Assembly: GCF_018977255.1 (NCBI RefSeq)
Contig: NW_024704744.1
Location: 21,824,001 to 21,888,000 of the forward strand
Direction of reading: 5' to 3'
DNA: 64,000 nucleotides
Origin: Callorhinchus milii
Lineage: Eukaryota
Every line of letters starts with the position of its first letter. Position 1 is the first letter of the stretch. The notes below the pieces were generated by a model. That model searched no databases and was not told where the DNA came from. It was given only the letters and a program-made list of their open reading frames with translations. Positions 33,991-48,330 of the stretch are shown in pieces. Both the position numbers and the translations under genes were made by a program.

Positions 33991-35959
33991 CAAAAAGCCC
34001 TTTCCCCAAAATGTCTACAGTTGATTATTAACTCAAGTGAGATATACTATTTTTGTCAAGTTAGAAAAGGTATAACAACAACATTTATATAGCACCTTTC
34101 ATTCGAGGTAGCATCCTCGAGCACAAATTGGCTGATGCGTCAGTCACTCCACTTCACTGTAAATCCTGTGAAGAACTTTGAGACATCCGACTCGAAAGGC
34201 ACTATATCAAATACAAGGATTGTTATATAATTTGTATCAGTTTAGAGATGTATGTGTCTGACCTATATTCATAAAAACACCCATATCTTGTTCAGTTGAT
34301 TCTTACATCTATTTTGATTTTTTTCTGGTATTTTTTACATCAAAAGAACAAGTACAATTGAATGAGGCATTGGTTTTATTGATGTAACTCACCAGAAGTC
34401 AGTTTTCCAATTCAAATAATTCAAATAAAACAATTCTATTTTAATTCTTTCCTTTTCTCAATGTTTCCTATTAGCCCGTCCTACAGTTTTGAACAGTGAG
34501 GAAATTGGCCGGTAGCATCTTATGTCTGAGCAAGGTAAGGAAAGTAAGAGGAGATGCTGAACTTCTCTGTATTAAGATATAAGAATTGGTGGGAGGGAAC
34601 TTGTTTTAACACAGGCCAATGTTATAAATTAAAGTTAACAAGAATTGCAGCTTGTAGGGAAGCTTACCTTCTTGACCCAGAAAGCACAAAGACCCTCAAT
34701 AAAATTCCCTGTGGGGGAGTTAACAAGGCAGCTAAGTAGGTACAACTTTTAGGAACTAAAATTCTTTGTGAGAAAAAGCAAATAAATCATTGCACATCCC
34801 AGTGTGAATGGGAAACAGATTTCCTTGTGTTGCCTTCTGCTTAATATCATTTCTGAGGTTAGGTCTGATGCAAAATCTTTATTATGCAGTTCAGCACATC
34901 ACCTTGATTGACTGCAGCAGTATTTTGTTCAGACACTGTATCTCTGAAGCTGTGAATTAATATATTAATGATTATTTGAAAACAGTCAGCAATATCCTGA
35001 GTTTGCAGGAAGAGACACACTGTATAAATAGTGTAGCAATAATACTTACCTTTGAGAAACAGTTTACATGGATTGTGTTAAACATTGCAATACATTACCA
35101 TACAGTTTAGGGACCCTAGCTTCCCTAAATAGACCACAACGTGTCTACAAATAACTAACTTCCAGCAATGGGCTCTAATTTGGAAATACTTGGAAATATT
35201 CCTCACGGGGATAGGAAGTGCTAATGCCTTAACGATAAATCCCATCAGAATTCCCTTTGACCAGCAGAACTCCGCTACAGAAGTACATCATGGCAGAGTA
35301 CAGTTTCCATAGTCAGTGTGGCATAATTCCAGTTGCTGGATGGAATCCTCACAGATTATTTATTAAGGAATCCTATTAAGAATTGTTCATCTTAAAGTTG
35401 AAAATGATGACCTGGTTTCTAGAATGTTGGCCATATTTATAACATTGGCCTCTGTTAAAAGAAGTTCCAGAAACAAATCTAAATAAATGTAGATAAATGA
35501 ACAACTGTAAACCTTACATAGCTTCTGGGTGAACATTTCCTGCATGTGAGTCTAGTTCCCACCATTTAGATTTCACAATGCCCTGTACATGTGCAGGCTA
35601 ACGAGAATGTAACTGTCATTTTCTCAGAGGCTACGCACTCTATTCATTATTTGTCCCAGAGACAGCATGCAGGGAATCAATGAGAGCCACGGAGGGCAAT
35701 TGGGAAGCATCCTGTGGCTTTCCCCTGTATGTGGAGGGGTTTGGCTGACTCCAGCTCAGGGAGATTTTTCTTCAATTCGCTTCTTTCTTTCCTATCATGT
35801 TCACTTTCAGAATTAAGAATACTTGAATAAAGATTCTTCAAAGCAAGTGATTGATAATTTGCCTTGTTTTAACTGCAGTTATACTCCCTTTTTATATTGT
35901 TTGTTTTATTACTCGTTGAATACCAACAATTCAATAAATAATGTAATAGGAATTATAAC

Positions 35960-36058
35960 TACATAGATGGTTTGGGACATATGTACATGCGACCACCAGG
36001 AAGGTGGAAGATGAACTAGATGGACCTTGGTCTTATTTCTTATGTTCTTATGTTTTTA
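35960..36058 (+). mobile_element. CR1-type 3' end
   Basis: AGATGAACTAGATGGACCTTGGTCTT...TTCTTATGTTCTTATG. Confidence 0.6.
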
Positions 36059-38544
36059 TAACTGTATTTGCTATAAATATGCAACTTCTCTATTTAGGCA
36101 GCCAAGGTGCTGTGTGTGACACTTGCAATTTGTTTCCTGGAAACTGGTCCAAACATTCACTTTAATTGAAATAAGGGATGATCCACAAATTCCTTTCTTG
36201 GAAGGAAAGCATGCAAGATCACTGGGGATGAAATCAAGCTGTTATATCATGTATCATTACAGCTGCCATTCTGCTCTGACTCAGGCTTCAGTAACTACAC
36301 CCCAGCCCTTTGGAACTCCCTCCCTTTATCGCTGTGTCTCACCTCCTCTCCTTGCTATCTGTCTTTAAATACCACCTAAGTAGCTACCTCTTTGACCACG
36401 TCTTTAGTCACTTCCCACTCCTGTCTTCTCAGTGTCCCACACCCTATGAAACATTCCTGCACGAATGCAAGTTATTGTTGCTGATTGATCATCAAACAGA
36501 CTGTCCTGTCACGCTGGTAAGCAACACTTTATCCATGTGGTTGAACAATGCCGTGCCAGCCCCAAGTCTGCAGTGAAGTGAGTGAACAGTATAACTGCAG
36601 CTCCCTGATTTGCATCCCACTTGAATTATGTAAGTACTGTACTGGAAAGCTTGGTGTGATGACAGCATCCGATTAAAGAAGTAGAATTCTCAATATTTAT
36701 GTCCTTCTGGTGATATCTTCTCCACAATGGATGCGAGGCTCAGTATTTTACTTTTTGTTGCTGAATCTGGAACAAAACCAAACAGCTAATACAGCACTTC
36801 TAAAACGTTTTTCACTGAATGTTCAGTCTGCCTCAATTGCATCTAATATAGTCCAAATATGTCTGAAGTCTATTATAGGTCAAGAATGAAATTAACTGTC
36901 AGTCCAGTGCCAGCAGGCATGAGTCCACGGCATATAAGTGTCAACTTTCAGCCAAAAATTTGAGGATGACTAATTTATTTTGTAAGTGTCCGAGGTTTTA
37001 CACGAAACAGAATGTGGAAAGATGTGTGTAGTGAGCCATGAGCAAGAGGAACAGCTGCTCCATTTGTATGACCATCATTTGACTGGAGCTGGTCTGGTGA
37101 GGCATTTTATTTTACAAAGAAATGACAGACGTATAAACAGGAATTATGCTGTGGGTGGTATAGTAACCACATGTTTACTGTGGATAGTGATATGGTTCTT
37201 TTGGCAATAATACATTATAAACAAAATTAATGCCAATATCTGAAATGCCAACTGAATCAATTGTTGTGGCGGCTTCAATAAAATAAGCCAAACTGTCATA
37301 TTATAAAGTTTGGTGGGCAATAAACAGGTGCAGTACTTCAAGTTTAGTTAAAAATATCCTCCACTGTTGGAGTAATATTAAGTCATAAATTTGACATTTA
37401 TTTTACTCTTAAATATGAGTCTTGTGAGTTTACAATAGAGAGACGCCGAAACTCACGATGATGCAATCACGGCAAAATGTTAGCACTTCAACAAAATTGT
37501 TGATATTCTCAACAAACTGCACTGATGATATAGAGCTGTCTTAACTCTTAGGCTGCTGGAGGTCTATAAAGACTTCTGTCTGTGTGGGTGAAACAGTTCA
37601 GTGTATTTTCAATTTAAAATACTCGTGGAAAACCAGTTTCCAAATTAGGACTGAATATAATCATTTCCCAAAGATCGGCACCATCTTACAGTTTAAGACC
37701 ATGGGTTAAATTCATTAAGGCTAAGCCCAGATGGCATTTCAGGTCTCTCATGATGCCACAAAGTCCTCATTGTTTCCTGTGTCTGAATACATGTGGTACA
37801 GTGAGGCTTTGAGCTAAAGCTCCCCCCACTTCTGGTTGACATGCACATTATGTTTTGTTGGTAAATTGACTGGTATTCATAGTTTTTTTGAGATATTTGG
37901 AGAATGTCCACTTTGCTTTCTTGACAGGGTTGTAACTTTTCCAATGCCAAAATGAATCACTCCCTCTTTTCAATTCTGCACTGCCATCACTTCCTGTGCC
38001 TGCTATGAGCACCAAGCTCCATAATGTAATTTCCTGTGTACTGCACATATACATTATGTGCAAGAAGCACTACTGACCCCACTTCCTTTGCAAAGCAGAG
38101 TGAAACATCATATGATTGATGCTAAAAAGATTACTGATATGATGCACAACAACAACATTTATGTAGCATCCTTCACTTGGGGCAATGTCTCAGAGTGCTT
38201 AAATATGATTAAATATGATTAAATATGACGTAATATGACTCCCACAAGATGATAGACTTGCCATTGCTACTCAACCATAACAAACTGGTTATTTACACTT
38301 TATAAAGTAAGGAATTTCAATAGGTGTATTGTAACCTAGTTAAAGAGTTTATTATATTCTGGTAAAAAGATACTTACTGTCAACTCCTGTTATTGGAGTC
38401 TTGGATAACTTTATGCTATTTCCTTGTGAGTCATGCCTTATTGTATTTTATTGCATGTTTCCTTACTCCAAACGCCTGTTTAACCTAGCAGTAAGTAGGA
38501 ACCCAGTTGTTAGTCGAATGTCGGATCACTTTCCAGAGTAATAA

Positions 38545-38730
38545 TCCCGTCAAAAAAAATAATAATTTGGTCACTCAATCCACAACTGTTTGTGGGATAC
38601 TGATGTGTGCAATTGACTGCAGCATTTCGCCCACAATATACACAGCCAATCCATTTTACAGTTTATCCTGTGAATCGCTTTGAGACATGTTGAAGATTTG
38701 ATAAGGCACTATATCAAATGCAATGATTAT
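38545..38730 (+). mobile_element. SINE 3' half
   Basis: AATAATTTGGTCAC...CTGTTTGTGGGATAC...GCACTATATCAAATGCAATGATTATT. Confidence 0.8.
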
Positions 38731-40504
38731 TGCAATGTGATAATTTGAAGTTCCTGTGAATTAGAAAGATTCATCTTACAAATGGATTGTTCTGAATTGC
38801 GTCATTTTCTCCATTGCTATGAGACCCAATCAATGTTGTGTCATATTCAGCTACTTCCAGTGTTGCAAAAATGTGTTGATACAAAAAGAAAGGCTGGGTT
38901 TGTGTTCAAAGATGTAACACATACTTAAGGTTTGAAAAATAAAGCACCTGAGTTTGAGTTTGCAGTTGTGATGTCATCCGAATTTTTTTTTAGACTTTCA
39001 TAGCAAACCCTCTCTTGAACTCTGTATGATTACTCGGGTTTCTGCTTGTCCAATTGCAGTCTGCATTGAGCCTTTCCGCAAGGCGCATATGCTTACAAAA
39101 AGTGCTCTTGTGAGAAGCAGCAGCTATTGAAATAGCTATCTGATCCAAATTGATGCTGGATGTGAAGTAAATTGCTATTAGAGGAAATTACTTTTAGTGA
39201 CTTATTCTTACACAGAATAAAGTGCATTTCAATTTAAACACTTTAAATTACTTACCGAAATGTTCAACAATGGAAAATATTGAGCACAGCACAGAACTCC
39301 TCAGTGCATTATTTATAAGGGAACTTATATGAGATTGTTTAACAAAAAGCCTCAAATAAAGTGTATGGAGAATCTCCATCTGTTGGGTAAATACACCCTG
39401 AATTTGAGCTCAGACTTTTGCAAGTATTTATGTGATGATGGACACACTAGTATTGAAAGAATTAGTTACATGTGACAAGATCAGAATGAAGTTAAAAACA
39501 CAGATTAAAGTATATTGTTGTTATGAAAGAAATATTGATCTCTTCCAAACAATTTGCTTTTCAATGTATTACAAATTATAACAATTCATCTTTTAAGGGA
39601 ACTTGAATTTACAATATTGGAATAACATCCTGCTGTAGGAATGTTGATATTGTGAAAAAGGTTTAGTCTGTTTCATTTCAGAAGATACTTCGAACCATAA
39701 GGTCAATTTCAGAAAAAATATTAGTTTAACTTTAACAGTTTCTGTCAAATATATACTTGTAGTTTTACTTCCCACATCAAAGTTTACATCAAATATTGCC
39801 TAGCAAATGAATGCAAGTGTTGCTTGGTTTCATCTGTTAAGATCTTTGCAAATGTATACTCATCATTATGCCCAAAATAGCAAGTATTTCTCTGAATATG
39901 TATGGATAAATTGTTCTAGATATAAAATATTGTGCTCCACCACCAGCAACTTCAAAAGTGACATTAGGTTTGAACTTTTTCCAAAGTTTGGTCTGTGTGT
40001 GTGTGTGTAATTTTTGGGGGAACATCCTCATACAATCATCAATAAGCTCAAGCACGACTGCAATTTTCAACATTGTGATGATTATCACCAGTATGATAAT
40101 CACATCACATCACACATACTTTGCCCCCATTGCAACATAATCTGTTTCAAAATCGACTTTTTTGGATATTGCATGCAACAACCAGTGCAAGCTTTTCCTC
40201 TCAAACACCTTCACCCAATCGAACTTTTACAATAACACTGAATTTCATATCAAAGTATAACAAAACAAAACCCCATGGACATCACAAGAAAGGTTTGGCT
40301 GAAGAAGGCCATTCAGCCTGTTCAATCTTGTCCTTCCATGATTGCATGCAGTTATTGACTTTCCATAGTGATCTGTGCTGGGACTTTAATAGTTTCCCAT
40401 TTACATTCATGCTCTGGAAATAGTTATGAGACTGCTAATATTAACAAATTAGTGGGTAAGGTAAGTTGTGTGAAATAAAGCAAGAAGTTGCAGGATCATT
40501 TTTA

Positions 40505-41096
40505 ATATATAACTGCATAGGCTGGTAGGTGCAGTTTGTGGTGTGAAATATGAAGTCGTATATTTTGGAAAAAGAATGAAGAAAGGAAGTGTACTCCAGT
40601 TTGCATAGTTCCTATTGATGTTCATAAGATTTGGAGAATACATACAGTATATCAATAATTAAAAATATGAGTGCAGGGTAGAAAAGGCCATAAAAGACTA
40701 ATGGGATTCTGGGTTTTATGTATAGGGCATTGAATATAAAGCAAGAAAATGCACATGTATAAATTGGTTAGGCCGTATTTGGAGTATTATACACATTTCT
40801 GGATGTCCTAGAACAATGGAAATGGCACAGCATAGATTGACAAGAACGATACCAAGGAAGAAAATAGGCTGGAAAAAACTATGTCTGCTTTCATTGGAAC
40901 AGAAGGGATCCACTAGATATCTGAAAGGTTTTGAGAGAATGCCTGATAAAGGATTATTTGTGCTGCTTGATAAATTGGTAACTAAGTCCCATCCACACAT
41001 GATTGTGACCAGAAGAGTTAAGGAAGAAGTTAGAAGAGTTTTTTATTTTAATGCTGAGGGCTATGGGACCACTTAACACTTTGCCACAAGTGAATA
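40505..41096 (+). mobile_element. Old CR1, left of the L2 insertion
   Basis: Decayed KYEVVYFGKKN, NGILGF, LVRPYLEY and LLSLEQ motifs. Confidence 0.8.
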
Positions 41097-41836
41097 CAAC
41101 AACAACAAGATTACATTTGTATAGCGCCTTTCACATTGGGAGGATATCCCAAGATGCTGGACAGCGTACAGCATTTCATTCCTGAGCTGGGGTCAGGGAG
41201 GGAGAAGGGAGGGGAGGGGAAGGGGTGTGACTGATGGCATGGTCGAAGAGGAGGGTTTTGAGGCAGGACTTGAAGGAGGCTAAGGAGGAGGCGAGGCGGA
41301 GTGTTTGGGGAACAAAATTCCAGTGGCTGAAGGCTCTCCCGCCAATGGTGGGAGGGTGGGTCAGGGGACATGGAGCAGGGCAGGCCAGAGCCGGCTGAGC
41401 GGAGGAAGCGGGCGGGTTGATAGGGGGTTAGGAGGTCGCAGAGGTATGCTAGGGCGAGGCCATGGAAGGCTTTGTAGGTGAGGACCAGGATCTTGAACTG
41501 GATCCTCTGAAGGATAGGGAGCTAGTGGAGTCGGGGGAGAATGGGTGAGATGGGATCACAGAGTTTGGTGCGGGAGAGGACAAGGGCTGCAGAGTTCTGG
41601 ATTATCTGCAGCCTGTGGAGGGAGGAGTTGGGAAGGCCGACCAGCAGGGCGTTTGTATAGTCGAGCCTGGAGGTGATGAAGGCATGAACAAGGGTTTCAG
41701 CGGCCTGAGTGTTGAGGTAGTGGTGGAGTCGAGCGATGTTACAGAGTGAGGGAAGGCAGAGCGAGTCATGACTTGGATGTGGGGAAGAAAAGACAGGTGA
41801 GGGTTGAACAAGACACCTAGGTTTCTGACTGGCTTG
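41097..41836 (-). mobile_element. L2 3' part with 7 bp TSD GTGAATA
   Basis: VRNLGVLFNPHLSFLPHI in ORF 41602..41859; (CAA)n tail; GTGAATA at 41090-41096 and 41837-41843. Confidence 0.92.
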
Positions 41837-42006
41837 GTGAATATTGAGTTTGAGACCACATAAACATTTAAAAGGGAACTAGAAGAGGAGCGATATAAAG
41901 GGTAAAGAGGAGAAGCAGGGAATCGGAGCCTCAGTGGAGGAGGGAAACATTATTTCAGGCTCAATGGGCAAATAGATTTCTTCTATTCTATGATTTCTAT
42001 GATTCC
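41837..42006 (+). mobile_element. Old CR1 3' end, right of the L2
   Basis: ACATTTAAAAGGGAACTAGA...ATTCTATGATTTCTATGATTC tail. Confidence 0.8.
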
Positions 42007-42883
42007 AGAATATCAACTTCTCATTGCAGTACTTAGCTTTTTGTAGAATTGTTCCCAATTCATGCATTTTTTACAGAAAGATTAACTCATGAAATTTAAG
42101 AACTGATTGTTAATGTAGTTCCATGATGAATGATATTATTCAATCCAACCAAGAATATTGCAAAAGAATTACAACTTACTTTGCCATGACATACTTTTAA
42201 TGTAAAGCTACAAAATAAAATGATTTATCTTTCAAGGACCTGCAATTCATATGTGTAAATTATTATGTATTACGTTTTGTTTTGCAGAATAAGGCTGTCA
42301 CCATTCACAAGCTAGATTAAGTAATTAATGTTCCATAAACTGGAGAAACAGGAAATGTTTGTTACCTGGGCAAAAATAAAATAAAATAAAGACCTGGTGC
42401 TGGAACATATGGTTGTTATTAATTTTTGCTTTATCATTTTTCATTCTGACATTAAAGTTGCCATGTAGTGGATTGTGTGTACTGTGCATTGTAAACTGTA
42501 ATCTGAAATGAGGGTTACAGCTTCATGCCAAAGGAAATGTGATACAGAAACAATTTGAAGCCAGCTGCAAGGTGATGTGCCACAGAATACCAGAAGCTGT
42601 TGAAAGTTTCAATACCATACCTGGACAATATAATACTTACTACAAAGAGACTCATAAAAACAAGTGAAAGTCACCTCTTTACCCCATAAATAATTCCTGG
42701 GTAGTTTAATCCGCAGGTCTGCAGTTCAACTATTTTTGTTGATCTGAATGTAGTCATATTTTGTTCCCAACACAATTATGTAAATTGTGTCACAAAGTAA
42801 ACACTTTTTAAAATAATGGGTTTCCTGAGAATAGGAACAAAACTCTAAATTGATGAAATCAATGAAATCAATGATGAAATTGT

Positions 42884-43200
42884 GGAGTCCTGTAGCTCAG
42901 TGGTTAGAGCACTCACTTTGCAAGCGAGAGACCTGAGTTCAATTCCAGGCAGGGCGAAACCTTGGGCAAGTTTCCTTACTCCACACGCCTAATAATAATC
43001 CCTCCAAAAAAACAAAACAATAATAAATTGGTCATTTTCAATCCATGACTGTTTGTGGGACATTGCTGTGCGCAATTGACTGCCGCGTTCGCCCACAAAT
43101 ATACAGTCAATTCACTTTACAGTGTGTTCTGTGAAGCGCTTTGGGACGTCCTCCTGACGTGAAAAGCGCTATATCAAATGCAAGGATTATTATTATTATT
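42884..43200 (+). mobile_element. Intact young tRNA-Ala-derived SINE
   Basis: Near-identical to 19618-19946. Confidence 0.95.
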
Positions 43201-43524
43201 AAATCCAGGACGATTGTTATAAGTACCAAAAAAACTCCACAAAGTATCTGATCAATCGTAGGTAACACAAATTTCTGTGTTGCAAATATTACTAATTAAA
43301 GTGAAAATTGCATCAAACTGATTAAAGATTCATTAAAATAATATGACAGTAGTATTTTACTTGATCTTACTTGAAATCTCCCATTGTATTTAAGTTGTAC
43401 TTAAAAAAAAGCCACAGTATAAAGAGCTCTTTATAAAGCTTCACATCTATGATTAGGAACAGCATCTGTTCTCCAGAGAGAAGTGCATTGACAACTCTGC
43501 CAACAAATTTTTCCGATATAGTAA

Positions 43525-44310
43525 CAGCACAAATGTAGTAAGAAGGGAAGAAGTTGAAACCCTAAAGGACTCAATGGGGTTTATCAACAAAAGGATGCAC
43601 AGGATATAGTAAACACATTAAACAGCTACTTCTTGGAGGATCTTACCAGGGAGGATAATAAAAACATGCTGTGCAACATCCAAGACACATCATGTGAGCT
43701 CCTCGACAACATTAGCAAGGCAGAGATTCTACATAGGCACAGGGGGCTGAAAATTAACATGTCTCCTGGGATAGATGAACCGTACCCTAAGGTACTTAGA
43801 CAGACAAAGGAGAAAATTTGTGAAACTTTTAACAGACATTTTGAAGGCATCAATCAACACTGGGGAAGTTCTGATTGACTGGAACCAAGCAAATGAGTTT
43901 CCTATATTCAAGAAAGCTGACGGAACCATACCTGGTAATAACCGACCCATTAGCCTGACCTCATTAATTGGTAAACCAACAAAATCAATCATTAGAAGCA
44001 AAATGGAACATTACCTATATAAAAATAGCCTAATAAATGATAGTCAACATGGCTTAGAAAGCAGGTTATCTTGTCTAAAGCTAAAAATATTTATGATGAC
44101 TTCCTAGTCTGATAGTGAGAAATCATATGACAACGATTATATGGTAGTGAAACTATACTTGCAATAGACCTTTGACTAAGTATCACACAAAAGATTGCTT
44201 TACAAATTGGTGTCACTGGGTAGCAAGTGTAAGCCTAAGACATGGATATGTGACTGGCTAAAGGGGAAAAAACAGAGGATTTTTTTTAGGAGAGCTACAA
44301 TTAAATGAGG
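43525..44310 (+). mobile_element. Old CR1 RT N-terminal fragment
   Basis: MSPGIDEPYPKVL, DWNQANEFPIFKK, PGNNRPISLTS, INDSQHG. Confidence 0.85.
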
Positions 44311-44429
44311 AGGGGGAGAGTTTTCTTCATCCAAACCTCTCTTGTGTTCTATTGTTTAGTGATTATTTGAATGTAGTTTCCATTCATTATCCTTTCCATC
44401 TTGTGGTCTTCAACTTAATTCACCACCAG

Positions 44430-44936
44430 TTATAATAGTAATAATCCTTGCATTTGATGTAGCATCTTAACATGTCAGCAAAACATCTCCAAGTACTGTA
44501 AAGTGCTATTACTGTGTATTTTGTGAGCGTATATGACAGCCAATTTGCGCACAGCAATGTCCCACAAACAGCCATGGAGCGAGTGACCAATTTGATTTGG
44601 AGGATTGTTGGCCAGGACACCGGGAGAAACTCCCTTCTCTTTTTTAACGCCCAGCTGCACAACTAAAAATTGAATGTTAGTTTAATGTCTCATTCGAAAA
44701 ACAGCACCTCTGGCAATCCAGCACCCCACCAGCATTCTACTGGAGTATCAGCATAGACTATATGGGTTCCAATTTCCGACACCTTCTAATTCAAATAAAC
44801 AAACAACAAACATATTGCATTGTATAGTGCCTTTCACATTGCGAGGACGTCCCAAGGCACTGAACAGTCATAGGTTTACACTCAAGCTGGAGGTTGGACT
44901 CAGAGATGAGAGTGCTACCAACTGAGCCATAGTGAC
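44430..44936 (-). mobile_element. Deu SINE with an L2 tail (44800-44865) between body and head
   Basis: CCAATTTGCGCACAGCAATGTCCCACA, GGCCAGGACACCGGGAGAAACTCCC and head GAGAGTGCTACCAACTGAGCCA. Confidence 0.8.
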
Positions 44937-45780
44937 ACATTCCCATTGTTACACAGTTGAGTTTTGCTTGGAATACGAAGCAGTTATAATACATGTTCCT
45001 ATGTAACTCATTGTAATAAAGTAAATAGTTCAGAATGAAAAAAATATGCATGGGAAAACAGCACAAGAATTCCACCAAAATTTGGGACATCAGTTTCTAC
45101 AATTGCAATGGAACAAAGATATTTCTCTGCTTTATAGCAGCATGACCAGATAATCCGGTACAGTAAAGTTCAGAAAAGTACAAAAGACAATCTGGGTTTC
45201 TTTACCATTTATCAAGGTAAAATTTAAAATGGCAGCTTATTAATAATGCTGGAGCACAACAGTGAAATGAAAGGCTCTGGCACAGAATCACTGCAAATAC
45301 AGCAGCCTCTGTAACTCCTCAGAATTTGTACATCACCATCAATTGCATATAGCACGAAAAAAAAATGAAATTCAAATTCAGAACCAATCCAAATGTAGCC
45401 ACTTTTGTGCATATAAAGCCAGGCCCTGAGGCAACAAAGGGGAAATGGGTCACAGCACTGCATATGGTCAATCTACTCCTGCACATATTCAAAGGGTATG
45501 GAGAATCGCAAGTTTTAACTGCTGGGCACCATTCCGCAACCAGAATCGATTTCCATGTGTAAAGCAGAATAATTATACCAAGACTGCTCGTTTCAGCCAA
45601 TATACGTGTGTCACAGTAGTACGATTCCATGATGTGAAGAATGGGAGTTCTGGTGTAAAAAGGCACTTTAGCTAATTTCTAATAGTCCAAATTTTCCATC
45701 CTATGTCTATTAGCACGGAAAAGATTTTGTATATTCTACCAAAAACCAATAATCCTAGCAATCTTAATGAGGAACAGATC

Positions 45781-45880
45781 TCTTTGGTCAACCAGGCGTC
45801 TAAGACACATGGAAACTCATCATTATGGTTAAGAGTACCTAAACCAGAGAGTTCCACACATGTGTACCACTTACAATATA
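45781..45880. mobile_element. Element X arm fragment
   Basis: GGTCAACCAGGCGTCT...TTAAGAGTACCTAAACCAGAGAGTTCCACAC. Confidence 0.65.
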
Positions 45881-46280
45881 TGCATTTTTTTCGATCGCCT
45901 CTCTTGTGTGGCCCTGTTTTATTCTCTGGGTCCTGTCTTAATGAATAAAGCAAATAGTAGGTGATTTAGATTGTGCCCATTCCCCGATATGAGTTTTGCT
46001 GTCATACTCATAAATTTCCACATACACATGTTCCATAGATTGACAGTCTCTGCAATGGGTGCTAAAATTGTACTGACAAGATTTATGTTGTGAAATTTTA
46101 GCACTCATCAATGCAGCAATGAGGTATTGGTTTATTGCTATTGCTGTTTGTAATGGAAAATATCATAATAAAATGTATATTATAAATCGTTTCTTAAATT
46201 TTTAATGTTCGCTTGATTTTTAATGGTTTTGAGTATTTAAATCAAATGGAATCACATTTCAGTTTTGTCCTTAGTGAAAG

Positions 46281-46407
46281 CATTGTGGAAAATTATGCAG
46301 TTCTAAAGTTGGCATCTGAAGTTAATGTTTGAAGCCCTAACAATTAGGTAGAGCTTCAGATATTAACTTCAAATGTCAACTTTAAAATTACATTATTTTC
46401 CACTATG
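46281..46407. repeat. Long hairpin/palindrome (~60 bp arms)
   Basis: CATTGTGGAAAATTATGCAGTTCTAAAGTTGGCATCTGAAGTTAATGTTTGAAGC pairs with GCTTCAGATATTAACTTCAAATGTCAACTTTAAAATTACATTATTTTCCACTATG. Confidence 0.85.
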
Positions 46408-46532
46408 GACAAATAGCAGGAATCTTGCCAGACAGTGCTCCCAATGACAAGCTATATGGTCTTACGTGACTGAACGCCAGGAGTACCGCAATGCAACATT
46501 CTAAAGTCTTCAAGCCTCAGCTCTGGGCTCTT

Positions 46533-47355
46533 ACCTCAGGCGCTGACAGCATCAGCATCCAGGGCTGCACTCTAAACCTCTCAAAGCCGGTCAGGAACTT
46601 CGGGGTTCTGTTCCACCCTGAGCTGTCCTTTCTCCCTCATATCCGCGCCACAACTGGCACCGCCTTCCATCACCTCCGGAATGTCGCCAGACTACGGCAC
46701 TACCTCACCCCTCACGCAGCTGAAACTCGGTCCACGCCTTTATCACCTCAAGGCTGTACTATGGGAACTCTCTCCTCACCGGCCTTCCCGGCACCTCCCT
46801 CCACAAACTGCAGGTCATTCAGAACTCTGCAGCTCGTGTACTGCCCCGCACCAGGCTTCGGGAACACATCACTCCCACCCTCGCTCACCTCCACTGGCTC
46901 CCCATCCCCCAGAGGATCGAATTCAAGATCCTCATCCTCACCTACAAGGCCATTCACGGCCTTGCTCCCTCTTACCTCTCCGACCTACTATCCCCCTACC
47001 TACCTGCCCATACCCTCCGTTCCTCTGGCTCCAATCTGCTCCACATCCCCGCCCCAACCGCCCTACCATCGGTGGTCGGGCCTTCAGCCTCTCAGCCCCG
47101 AGGCTCTGGAACTCTATCCTCCAGTGCCTTCGCCGCCTCCTCCCTTTCCTCCTTCAAGGCCGGTCTCAAGACCTTTCTCTTTGACCGTGCCTTCAGCTCC
47201 CCTCTCGACTCTCTACCCCCTCCTCGCTCCCTCCTTTCCCTCCCCTCACCCTGACCATTTCCCCCTTGCTCGGGTCCTGACCCAACTATTCAGCGCCTTG
47301 GGACGTCCTCCCAACCTGAAAGGCGCTCAATAAATGGAATCTTGCTGTTGTTGTT
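46533..47355 (+). mobile_element. Young 5'-truncated L2, same subfamily as 4043-5134
   Basis: Highly similar to 4256-5134, with frameshifts and a (TTG)n tail. Confidence 0.95.
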
Positions 47356-47387
47356 ACATACCAACTGGCATGTAACATGGGATATAA

Positions 47388-47645
47388 AACAACATTTATA
47401 TAGCTTTCACCAAGGTCAATGTACTTGTCACCTGATCTGAGGATGGGAGCTGAGGGGTTGGGGAGGAAAAAGATTTTGAAACGTGGTTAAAGGGGAAGGT
47501 CTTGAGACCCCCCTTGAAACCGGTGAGGGAAGAGATGATATGGGAGGACTCCAAGATGGAGTTCCAGAGAGTGAGAGCAGATAGGCTGAAAGCCCAACCA
47601 CCAATGGTGGGGTAGCCAGGACAGGGGACCTGAAGCAAGGCAAGC
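47388..47645 (-). mobile_element. Older L2 3' fragment
   Basis: PTIGGWAFSLSALTLWNSI...FKGGLKTF in ORF 47396..47659. Confidence 0.85.
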
Positions 47646-48330
47646 TTATTATTATTCAATAATTAAACTAAATAATTATTTTTTTGATTCTTCTGTGCCG
47701 TGTCTCACCAATCTTAATTGCTTAAGAGATCACGGTTGTTATCATGTGATAACCTGAAACATCTCACAGCCACATCAGCCAAACGCAACACAATTTCAGG
47801 GGCTGGTGACATACTGGTAACAGTTTTCTAGCTTGTATTATTTTTGTCCCATTTCCAGTGTTGAAGCAATTGGATAATATTTGGTGTATGAATTACTGAT
47901 CACTGATGTAGTCCAGCATGTCTGCTGTTGGTTGACTATAAATGCATGAAGACAAGATGCATGATTTAAACTGCATACCACGATTTTAAAAAATGTGAGT
48001 TTGAAAATCATGGCACTGCTGTCAAAACTTGAATCAAGAATGCAAAGGAAAATCCAGAATTGGGGAAAAAGAACACAACCAGTGAATATTTTTATTTGTT
48101 TTACACAGAGGAGCCCTTTTGTGAAGAGGTGCAGGATGATATTAATGACTCTCAGAGGCATAGTTTTTGCAACTGTACAAATATAACCAGCAGACAAGTT
48201 ACATCCCGATCAGCCAAATGAATGTTTTACTGGAGTGTTTGTGTCCTAAACTGAATGATTCAGTCATTAGAAAAGTCAGATAACATGCTCTAAATTACAC
48301 CCAGCTTGTGAGATAATTTGATCTTAATAT

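Noticed and set aside
34487-34534. 48 bp exon-like segment (polypyrimidine-CAG ... AAG|GTAAGG)
   Set aside because: Stops in all three frames. It could only be a non-coding exon, which cannot be tested without RNA data.
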